Shown here: positions 9,551 through 18,063 of the stretch, in pieces | How positions within the stretch are numbered: the stretch's first letter is position 1 | How the letters are laid out: each line of letters starts with the position of its first letter | DNA from: Selaginella moellendorffii | Lineage: Eukaryota; Plantae; Lycopodiophyta | DNA length: 19,133 nt | NCBI RefSeq assembly: GCF_000143415.4 | Contig: NW_003314283.1 | Coordinates: 1 to 19,133 of the forward strand | Reading direction: 5' to 3' | Program-made: the position numbers and the translations under genes | The notes under the pieces: model-generated | The model's input: only the letters and a program-made list of their open reading frames with translations | What the model was told of the DNA's origin: nothing | Database searches by the model: none

Positions 9551-12155
9551 TATCAAGTTCTTTTTGTTTTTATCTTTTTTGTTTCTTATCAAATTTGATG
9601 AGAAAACATGCAGCTTAACATATGGTACAACACAGTATTTTTAAGGTAAGGTGATCTTGAGCTAGTTGGTCTCATCATTCATGAGCTCAAGGGTTGGAAT
9701 GTTGATGCCAACAATTGTGACACCTGTTTTTTTTTTTTTTTTGGTTTAAATTTATTGTATCCATTTTTTCAGTTTCTCTATGTGATTCCATGATATGAGC
9801 TTAGATGCAATTAAATTTTTGTCCAAACAACATAAGGCAAAACAGAATGACATAAGCAAGTAGAATTATATCAATATTTTGTTTTTTCATTCTTTTTTTA
9901 GATCAAAATGAGCTGAGTGACATATTTCATTGATTAGTGTAGCTTTTTATAGGTTTGGTGTAAAACCATCACATAAAATATGAGGTCCATTGTAATTTTT
10001 TTGTTTATAGTTTTTAATCTATCTTTGTTTGATTTGGCAGGCCATAGAATGATGCAATAATCTCTAAGGTTTTCCAAAAGAAGACTGGCAATATCTTCGT
10101 CCTTAGGAGTGAGTGATGTAATAATATTAAATAATTTGCTGCATATTGCATGCAGTAACATTTGGTTTGCTTGATAGTAGTATTATTCCTATTTCTTAAT
10201 CCACTTAATCAACTGGAAGATTATATTATAAATATGTTTATAATTTATAAATACAAGAATAATTTTATTAAATATTAACAAACTAGAATATACTAGAAAG
10301 TATTTAGGAAAGTTTATAAATTATAAATATAAGATTAATATAAATGAATAACAACTGTAAGATGGTAGACTATCCTAGAATATCAAAGCATATTTTAGGT
10401 ATATCCACTACCCAAAACCAAAAATATAACAATAGATATTATAAATTTTATTTAAAATTATAAAAACAATTTATTTATTTATTTACAGAATATAAAAAAT
10501 TATACTCAAGATTAAACCATACTAGAAACCACTTCTAATGTGATTTCAAACTATACAAGAACTATAATTCCAAAACAGCACATAAACAATGTGAGAAACT
10601 AATTGTGCTTGTAGTGGTAATTAGAGGTAAAATTTATTTTTTCCATTTATGTCCACCTTATTTTTCAATTGGTTTGAAATCAAAAAACTGCATTGATAGG
10701 TGTGATGTGTTGTCTCTCCCCAATTTGCGAAAGACCTAGATGACATGGCAAAAGAAGCCATGTGTAAAGTATTAGTTACATCACTAGTATCTGCTATATC
10801 AGCCATACAAAGTATCTGAAAATAAAATTTCAGTGGCTATGAATTTATGCTCCTCTCTAGTAATAACATCAATATTGAGGCCTTTCTTCTTCAGTCTTTC
10901 TAGTTTCTTATTAATGTCATACTGGAGAAGCTTTATCTGAAACTCGAAATGAGTACTTTGGCGAATTTAAGTACTTGAAATTAAACGCATGTATAGATAT
11001 ATTGAGGGAAATTAATATAGTTATCATGCTTCTTAGACCAGTTTTCCTTGGCAATATGATTCTCTTGAGCACTATTATAAAACTGATAGATAATATTATG
11101 ATTTATTACATTATATAATTGTTTTCTTAAAAAACTGAAATATAATACAGCTTTCAATAGTTGATGACATATCATTCTATAAAGTAAAAAAATCTTGCTT
11201 TCAATATAAATAACATTATTGTTTATAAATATATTCAATATGGCACACATGTTTAATATATATAATATATGGTTCTCTAAAGTAAAATCTAGTTTTCTTA
11301 TATTTATATAAAAGAAACACTTGATGCTTATTTTCTTAGGATTTGTTTTGGTATGAATATAATCTAGAAAGTCAGTGGGCATGAGATCAATTTTTGAATA
11401 CTATTCCTGCAAGCTTCAGTGCCCATAAAATTTTTGGTGGTACATACAGTCTGGCAATACCCAACATTTTTGGCATAATCCTCTCCATTTTCACATGTTT
11501 CCATGTGTTCCACTGAGCCCTATAGAATAGACTATGAGAACTAATACAAATATGTGTTAGGTCAGATTGGTTGTAAAGTCATTATTAATAATTGGTTTAG
11601 GCTTTTGTTTCATTGAAAAATTGCATGTTGAAATGTACCTTCTTCAAAATAAATTAGAGGTTTATGTAGTTTTCATTCCCTAAAATAAGTTCTTTACCTC
11701 TTTATATTCTAGGAGGAGAAGTGAACTAGACTAATCAGGCAAGCCACTCATACTGAATAAAGCTAATGCATTGTGATCCTCTCATTTTGCTATAGGTCTG
11801 ATCTCTTTGTAAGAGTTAATTGGCAATGTGTCGTGAATTAGCATTCTTGTCAAAATGTATGGTGCCTCTATTGAAAAAAGCTATAAGAAAAGAAGCATCA
11901 TCTGCTTGGATATCAATTTCTTCTCTGCACTCCAACTCTCCTGCTCAAACCAGATAACATTGAACTCAAGCATCTAGATGACCACTTTCATGTCTTGTTT
12001 AGCTTGTCACACATGAAATAGTTTAGCAGGTCCATGCTTATACAAACCCTAGATTGGAGACTGCTTACAGAAAAAAAAAAGTTCATAATAAAAGAAAGAA
12101 AATAAACACAGTATGCTGCTATAAAAACTGTCAGGAATCCCCCAATTCTTGCCAC

Positions 12156-12299
12156 ATTCCTGACTCTCGCCGGATTCCTGACCTGCAGACCACATTCCTG
12201 ACTCTCGAGACACTTCTCTATTCCTGACTCTCGAGACATTTCCCTATTCCTGACTCTCGAGACACTTCCCGATTCCTGAGTCTCGAGCCACATTCCTGA
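12156..12299 (+). repeat. U3 tandem array, 7 ATTCCTGA-headed units (18-26 bp)
   Basis: ATTCCTGA at 12156, 12174, 12194, 12220, 12246, 12272 and 12292. The 26-bp units carry the palindrome TCTCGAGA. The array is mirrored in the 3' LTR. Confidence 0.93.
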
Positions 12300-12380
12300 T
12301 GATGATGTGGCGCCTCCTCGACCTCAGCTGTATTTAGGCTGTCCTCGATCCAAGAGTGGTGGAGCTTCATCAACCTATAG

Positions 12381-12388
12381 TATATATA
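12381..12388 (+). promoter_or_regulatory. LTR TATA box
   Basis: TATATATA about 30 nt upstream of a pyrimidine-CA initiator-like site at 12411-12412. Confidence 0.75.
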
Positions 12389-12517
12389 GGTTAGCCTTGT
12401 TCCATTTCTCCACAATCTGAATCAACACCAGTCTAAGGCCTCTTCTTTGTTTTCACTAGCTTTTTCTCTTTGTCTTTAGCATTTTCCAGTCTTGATCTTG
12501 TTGGGGGTCTTGACAGT

Positions 12518-12532
12518 TTGATTCAGATTGTG
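12518..12532 (+). promoter_or_regulatory. Primer-binding site, self-priming type
   Basis: TTGATTCAGATTGTG starts after a 2-nt spacer following the LTR, lacks the TGG of tRNA PBSs, and is the exact reverse complement of 12411-12425 CACAATCTGAATCAA. Confidence 0.88.
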
Positions 12533-12612
12533 TTTTTTGCTTTTCTTTTAGCTTGTTTTGATTATTTGATTGCCTTTGTCTTTTCCCCCCTTTCTTTTCT
12601 TTCTTCTTGCCA

Positions 12613-13584
12613 ATGGAGTCTCCAAGTCATCCTGATTTCTTTGCCGAAGTCCTTGCAAAAATCCAGTCTGAGAATACCGAGCTGAAGGCGACCCTTCTTC
12701 GCATGCAGCAGGAGCTTGCTTCACTTTCGGCTCAAGGATCCAGCAAAGTTCCTGAACCGAAGGTGAGTTTCCCGGCGAAATTTTCAGGCAAGCGTTCGGA
12801 GCTTCGTGGATTTTTGAATCAAATGGAGCTGATCTTTGCACTTCAACATCGGCGGTACCCCACTCCCGAGTCTCAAATCGGCGCGATTGGGACGTTGCTC
12901 GAGGGTGCAGCTTTGTCATGGTTTTCTCCTCTTCTGGAGAAGAGCATGAAAGGGGTCATGGTTCCGGAGCTGATGGATCTTCAATTGTTCAAAGAGAAGC
13001 TCGAAGCATGTTTTGGCGAGACGGATCGGGTTCGGGCTGCTACCACAAAGATGAGACGTCTCTCTCAGGGGTCTCGTCCTGCCTCGATCTACGCTGCAGA
13101 GTTCCAACTCCTTGCCTTGGACACTCAGTGGGATGAGCGGGCCTTGATTGACCAATTTCGTTTCGGCCTCAACAACGGTGTCAAGGATTTGTTGCTCACC
13201 ATGGAGGATCCCAAGGACCTGTCGGACGCCATCAACAAAGCTGTTCGATGTGACAATCGTCTCTTTGAACGTCGTCAGGAAAGTCGCCGCGCCGCTGTTT
13301 TTCCGTCCCAGACTCAGGAATCCCAGCTTGAGTCTTCGGGGCATAGTCCTGAACCTACTGCTCCGGTCCCGATGGATATTTCTAGTACTCCCCGACTCAT
13401 TAGAGGGAAGTTGAGTCCTGCTGAGAGGCAACGTCGAATATCTCATAATCTTTGCCTCTACTGTGCTGATCCTAATCACAAAGCAGCTGTGTGTCCCAGG
13501 AAGCCTCCCCGATTGCTCGAGTTCACTCTACCTCAAAGTCCACCACTGTTGCAGTCGGGAAACGACCCTGTCCAAACAGAGTAG
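12613..13584 (+). CDS. gag: Gag (323 aa): coiled-coil N-terminus, Ty3/PEG10-like capsid, CCHC zinc knuckle
   Basis: ATG 12613; FPAKFSGKRSELRGFL, L.QG..P...YAAEF, PVPMDI, CLYCADPNHKAAVC (13453-13494). Confidence 0.95.
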   Translation: MESPSHPDFFAEVLAKIQSENTELKATLLRMQQELASLSAQGSSKVPEPKVSFPAKFSGKRSELRGFLNQMELIFALQHRRYPTPESQIGAIGTLLEGAALSWFSPLLEKSMKGVMVPELMDLQLFKEKLEACFGETDRVRAATTKMRRLSQGSRPASIYAAEFQLLALDTQWDERALIDQFRFGLNNGVKDLLLTMEDPKDLSDAINKAVRCDNRLFERRQESRRAAVFPSQTQESQLESSGHSPEPTAPVPMDISSTPRLIRGKLSPAERQRRISHNLCLYCADPNHKAAVCPRKPPRLLEFTLPQSPPLLQSGNDPVQTE

Positions 13585-13641
13585 GAGCTGTCTGTTTGGA
13601 CTCCCCAAATAAAAATCACTTTTCTTCCTTATCAAGCTCCT
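13557..13641 (+). promoter_or_regulatory. -1 programmed ribosomal frameshift signal (slippery heptamer plus pseudoknot)
   Basis: G GGA AAC 13557-13563 in gag frame; 6-nt spacer; stem 1 13570-13580/13591-13601; stem 2 13583-13589/13635-13641; pol is in the -1 frame. Confidence 0.88.
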
Positions 13642-16600
13642 CACCACCTTTCATCAAAGCCACCACCAATTCCCGCAACTTCCGCGTCCCATGTCTCCTT
13701 TCTTTCACCGGACAATCAGGACTCAAGGCTTTGGCGCTACTGGACTCGGGTGCAACTTCCTGCTTCATGGACACGGACTTTGCTGCCCGACATCACGTTC
13801 CTCTTTCTCCTACCATACGGGATCTGAGGGTTGAAGGCATCGGCGGGCATTTTGTGTCTCCATCTTCTGGACTTAGGGAAACGTTGCCCGTTCGAGTACA
13901 CATCGGGTCCACCGTCACCGATATCGCCTTCAACATCATCAACAGCAAGTCTTCCTCTGTGGTGCTCGGTCTTCCTTGGTTCCAACTACATCAGCCTCAG
14001 ATTTGTTGGAAGGACTTACAGCTCATCTCTCCCACATCACCATCTCCCATGGCTTCCCCTGGTGTTCATCAAGTCCGAATCAGGAAAAGTTCCCTAAACT
14101 CAAGTCGGGGTTCTGTTCCTGACTCTACGCAGTTTTCATCCTCTTCTTTTTTCTCTCTTCCATCTTACACTGGACAGTATCCTCGTCTCATCATTCCATT
14201 TAGTCGTACTCCTCCTCCTATCTCCACAATCACTATGAAAGAACTCCTTCATGAAGAACCTCTTTTTCTTTTTGCTTTGCATGTTTCTCCTGTCAGTCTT
14301 CCTGAGAAGTATCATGATTTTGGGGATGTGTTTGACAAGAAAAAAGCTAGTGTACTGCCTGTTCATCGGCCTTATGATTGTCCCATTGATTTACAGGAAG
14401 GAGCGTCACCTCCGTGGGGGCCTATCTACGGGTTATCCCCGTCCGAGCTTAAGGCCCTCAAAGAGTACGTGGATGAGAACCTTGCCTCGGGCTACATTCA
14501 GCATTCGCAGTCCCCGGCTGGAGCGCCTGTCTTCTTTGTCAAGAAGAAGGATGGGAGCTTGCGGCTAGTCATCGACTACCGAGGTTTGAACAAGGTGACT
14601 GTTCGGAACCGTTATCCACTGCCCCTGATCTCGGACCTGTTGGAACGCCTCGGCGGTGCCCGCTTCTTCACCAAGATCAACCTCCGTGGAGCATACAACC
14701 TGATCCGGATCCGGCCTGGTGATGAATGGAAGACTGCGTTCCGAACCCGCTATGGCCACTTCGAGTACACTGTCATGCCATTTGGCTTGACAAATGCTCC
14801 AGCGGTTTTCCAACACATGGCGAACGACGTTTTTCGGGAGTTTCTTGATCAGATGGTGATCGTCTACCTCGATGACATCCTCATCTACTCAAAAACTCAG
14901 GAGGAGCATGACGAACATGTTCGCAAGGTGCTAGCGAAGCTGCGAGAACACGGCCTATACGCGAAGCTTGAGAAATGTTCCTTTGATCAGCAGTCTGTGG
15001 AGTTCCTTGGGTACATTGTCACTCCTGAGGGTATCACGATGGATCCTGCAAAAGTCAAGACTATTCTCGAATGGGAGCCTCCACAATCAATGTCAGACGT
15101 TCAGGTTTTCCTTGGCTTCGCCAACTTCTACCGCAAATTCATTGATCACTACTCTGACATTGTCCTTCCTCTCACACATCTCACTCGCAAGGATGTTCCC
15201 TTCTCTTGGTCTGCTGTTGCCCAGCAGGCTTTCGACACACTCAAGGCGGCCTTCAGTTCTGCTCCTGTCTTGATCCATGCTGATTCCTCACAACCTTTCT
15301 TCATCGAGGCTGACGCCTCCGACTTTGCCATTGGTGCTGTGCTATCTCAACTCGGAGCGGATCACGAACTTCATCCGGTCGCTTTCCATTCTCAGAAATT
15401 CCAGCCTGCGGAGATCAATTACGAAATCCACGACAAGGAGCTTCTTGCCATCGTGGATTCCTTTGGAGAGTGGCGCCGTTTCTTGGAGGGGGCGAGCCAT
15501 CAAACAACAGTCTGGACGGATCACAAAAATCTCGAGTACTTTGCCACTTCCCGAGTTTTAAGCCGTCGTCAAGCAAGGTGGGCACAATTCCTGAGTCGGT
15601 TTGACTTTGTTATCAAGTACAGACCTGGAAAGTTTCAAGGCCTTCCTGATGCTCTTTCAAGGCGCTCCTATCTCAGTCTCAGGCCTGGTAATCCTGCCTT
15701 CGATCAACAGGATCAAGTTATCCTCGGTCCTGATCGGCTTCAAGTTATGGCAATTTCCCTGGCCCCTCAGGACTCCTCCTTGATGGATGCAATCAGAAAC
15801 GATCTTCAATCCGATGATCTTGCTAGCGACATTTTTCCCCATCTTCAGGCTGGACACCCAGTGACTCCCGACTGCCGGCGATTTGACGAGTTCGAGTTCT
15901 TAGATGGCTTATTGTACCGTGGGGAGCAGCTTTACGTTCCTGAAGGTGATGCTCGAAGGTTGATCCTGATGGCGTGCCACGATAGCCCGACTGCTGGTCA
16001 CTTCGGCATTGCGAAAACCTATGAGCTAGTTGCACGGGACTTTTGGTGGCCTCACATGGACGACTACATCAAAGCTTTTGTTACCTCCTGTGACACTTGT
16101 GCCCGGAATAAGGTACCTCGCCACCTTCCTTCAGGTTTGCTTCGTTCCCTTCCGGTCCCTTCAGGTCCTTGGGAATCCATCTCCATGGATTTCTTGAGTG
16201 ATCTTCCGAGTTCTGGAGGCTTCAACAGCATTTTAGTCGTGGTGGATCGCTTCACAAAGATGGCGCACTTCTTGCCATGTACCAAGGAGTTTTCGGGCGA
16301 GGACATGGCAAAACTGGTATTCAGGGAAATTTTCCGACTTCATGGGATTCCTACAGATGTGGTTTCGGATCGGGGGCCTCAGTTCATCTCTCATTTCTGG
16401 CAACGGTTTTTGCAGTTGCTTGGAGTGAAGGCCAACCTCTCTTCGGCATATCATCCTCAAACTGATGGGCAGTCCGAGCGAACGATTCAGACATTGGAAC
16501 AATTCTTGAGGTGCTTCATCAACTATCATCAGGATAACTGGTTCGATATCCTTCCCCTTGCTGAGTTCTCCTATAACAACTCTGTTCACTCCTCTCTTCG

Positions 16601-17330
16601 AGTTTCCCCCTTCTTTGCGAACTCTGGCCGAAATCCCCGATTCAATCTCTCACTTCCTTCTCCATCTGAATCCTCTCATTCAAATCCCCGCTCTGAATCA
16701 TTTCTCTCCAACCTTCAGGAAATCCACAACTCCATCTCCTTCCACCTCCATCGTGCTCAGGAATCTCATAAAACATTTGCCAATGTCCATCGTCAGGATT
16801 GTCCCCCTTACAATATCGGGGATAAAGTCTGGCTCCTCAGGCGAAATATCTCCACCACCAGGCCCTGTCCAAAACTTGATTTCAAACGCCTTGGTCCTTT
16901 CCCTATTACTGCCATCATTAATCCTGTCACTTATCGCCTTGCACTTCCCTCCTCATATCAAATTCACCCCGTTTTTCACTCCTCTCTCCTTGAGCCTTAT
17001 ATTCCCAGTCCTATTCCAAATCGGGTCATTCCTCCGCCTCCACCAGTGCAGCTCGAGGATGGGTCTGAGTACGAGGTTCAGGACATCCTTGATTCCAAGA
17101 TTTCACGATCTAAACTCTACTATCTGGTGGACTGGAAGGGTTACGGACCTGAGGAACGCACTTGGGAACCTGCGGATAACCTGATTCATTCTCCTGACCT
17201 TGTTCAGGACTTCCACCGCCGCTATCCTTCTCGTCCCAGTCCTCATTCTTTTTCTCCATCTCCCATCCCTCGCCGCTCATCTCATCCTCCTCTTCGTTCT
17301 GGTTCACATCCTCGTTCCACTCGTTCTTGA
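13557..17330 (+). CDS. pol: Pol polyprotein (protease, RT, RNase H, integrase, chromodomain), expressed as a Gag-Pol fusion of about 1572 aa
   Basis: Uninterrupted ORF (track start 13491 is not an ATG). LLDSGA (D 13743); YLDD 14865-14876; EADASD/KELLAI/TDHKNL/DALSR; HDSPTAGH...CDTC; SMDF/SDRG/QSER; GPF; chromodomain EYEVQDILD...YYLVDWKGY...TWEP (17067-17225). Confidence 0.97.
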   Translation, partial: GKRPCPNRVGAVCLDSPNKNHFSSLSSSSPPFIKATTNSRNFRVPCLLSFTGQSGLKALALLDSGATSCFMDTDFAARHHVPLSPTIRDLRVEGIGGHFVSPSSGLRETLPVRVHIGSTVTDIAFNIINSKSSSVVLGLPWFQLHQPQICWKDLQLISPTSPSPMASPGVHQVRIRKSSLNSSRGSVPDSTQFSSSSFFSLPSYTGQYPRLIIPFSRTPPPISTITMKELLHEEPLFLFALHVSPVSLPEKYHDFGDVFDKKKASVLPVHRPYDCPIDLQEGASPPWGPIYGLSPSELKALKEYVDENLASGYIQHSQSPAGAPVFFVKKKDGSLRLVIDYRGLNKVTVRNRYPLPLISDLLERLGGARFFTKINLRGAYNLIRIRPGDEWKTAFRTRYGHFEYTVMPFGLTNAPAVFQHMANDVFREFLDQMVIVYLDDILIYSKTQEEHDEHVRKVLAKLREHGLYAKLEKCSFDQQSVEFLGYIVTPEGITMDPAKVKTILEWEPPQSMSDVQVFLGFANFYRKFIDHYSDIVLPLTHLTRKDVPFSWSAVAQQAFDTLKAAFSSAPVLIHADSSQPFFIEADASDFAIGAVLSQLGADHELHPVAFHSQKFQPAEINYEIHDKELLAIVDSFGEWRRFLEGASHQTTVWTDHKNLEYFATSRVLSRRQARWAQFLSRFDFVIKYRPGKFQGLPDALSRRSYLSLRPGNPAFDQQDQVILGPDRLQVMAISLAPQDSSLMDAIRNDLQSDDLASDIFPHLQAGHPVTPDCRRFDEFEFLDGLLYRGEQLYVPEGDARRLILMACHDSPTAGHFGIAKTYELVARDFWWPHMDDYIKAFVTSCDTCARNKVPRHLPSGLLRSLPVPSGPWESISMDFLSDLPSSGGFNSILVVVDRFTKMAHFLPCTKEFSGEDMAKLVFREIFRLHGIPTDVVSDRGPQFISHFWQRFLQLLGVKANLSSAYHPQTDGQSERTIQTLEQFLRCFINYHQDNWFDILPLAEFSYNNSVHSSLRVSPFFANSGRNPRFNLSLPSPSESSHSNPRSESFLSNLQEIHNSISFHLHRAQESHKTFANVHRQDCPPYNIGDKVWLLRRNISTTRPCPKLDFKRLGPFPITAIINPVTYRLALPSSYQIHPVFHSSLLEPYIPSPIPNRVIPPPPPVQLEDGSEYEVQDILDSKISRSKLYYLVDWKGYGPEERTWEPADNLIHSPDLVQDFHRRYPSRPSPHSFSPSPIPRRSSHPPLRSGSHPRSTRS

Positions 17331-17341
17331 GGAGGGGGTGC
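17329..17341 (+). promoter_or_regulatory. Polypurine tract
   Basis: GAGGAGGGGGTGC immediately before the 3' LTR, overlapping the pol stop. Confidence 0.9.
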
Positions 17342-17728
17342 TGTCAGGAATCCCCCAATTCTTGCCACATTCCTGACTCTCGCCGGATTCCTGACCTGCA
17401 GACCACATTCCTGACTCTCAAGACACTTCTCTATTCCTGACTCTCGAGACACTTCCCTATTCTTGACTCTCGAGACACTTCCCGATTCCTGAGTCTCGAG
17501 CCACATTCCTGATGATGATGTAGCGCCTCCTCGACCTCAGCTGTATTTAGGCTGTCCTCGATCCAAGAGTGGTGGAGCTTCATCAACCTATAGTATATAT
17601 AGGTTAGCCTTGTTCCATTTCTCCACAATCTGAATCAACACCAGTCTAAGGCCTCTTCTCTGTTTTCACTAGCTTTTTCTCTTTGTCTTTAGCATTTTCC
17701 AGTCTTGATCTTGTTGGGGGTCTTGACA
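17342..17728 (+). repeat. 3' LTR (387 bp)
   Basis: Direct repeat of 12129-12515 with 5 transitions. Confidence 0.97.
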
Positions 17729-17882
17729 ATATCAAGCTTATGGACAACAAGCTCACAGATAGTGGTGTCTTAGAGTGGCTCAAGAACATTGTCAATGCAG
17801 CGAGTAAAGATCAAGCTTCCAAAATGAAATGTCTTTAACCTTGAGCTTTCCAAATGCAAGTTCCAATTCCACTATCAAAACC

Positions 17883-18063
17883 NNNNNNNNNNNNNNNNNN
17901 NNNNNNNNNNNNNNNNNNNNNNNNNNNNNNNNNNNNNNNNNNNNNNNNNNNNNNNNNNNNNNNNNNNNNNNNNNNNNNNNNNNNNNNNNNNNNNNNNNNN
18001 NNNNNNNNNNNNNNNNNNNNNNNNNNNNNNNNNNNNNNNNNNNNNNNNNNNNNNNNNNNNNNN
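17883..18063. other. Assembly gap (181 N)
   Basis: Run of N. Confidence 1.

Larger units (their letters stand above)
12129..12515 (+). repeat. 5' LTR (387 bp)
   Basis: TGTCAGGAATCCCCCAA...TTGGGGGTCTTGACA with imperfect terminal inverted repeats; 382/387 identical to 17342-17728. Confidence 0.97.
12129..17728 (+). mobile_element. Full-length Ty3/gypsy LTR retrotransposon, chromovirus (Tcn1/Tf1-sushi-like), 5600 bp
   Basis: Paired TG...CA LTRs, gag with CCHC, pol in PR-RT-RH-INT order plus C-terminal chromodomain, and a PPT before the 3' LTR. The clade name is inferred from motifs, not from a phylogeny. Confidence 0.97.

Noticed and set aside
9510-9575. Rho-independent terminator or Helitron 3' end
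   Set aside because: Eukaryotic context, the T-tract is not adjacent to the stem, and there is no CTRR end at the expected spacing.
12156-12299. CRISPR-like array in the LTR
   Set aside because: The units are short tandem repeats without unique spacers, there are no cas genes, the context is eukaryotic, and the array is duplicated as part of the LTRs.
13584-13604. Alternative pseudoknot stem 2 (GGAG with CTCC at 13601-13604)
   Set aside because: It overlaps stem 1 with no connecting loop; the 7-bp pairing with 13635-13641 is longer and sterically plausible.
11988-17628. Antisense and alternative-frame ORFs over the LTRs, gag and pol
   Set aside because: Shadow ORFs of repeats and coding sequence with no independent domain evidence.
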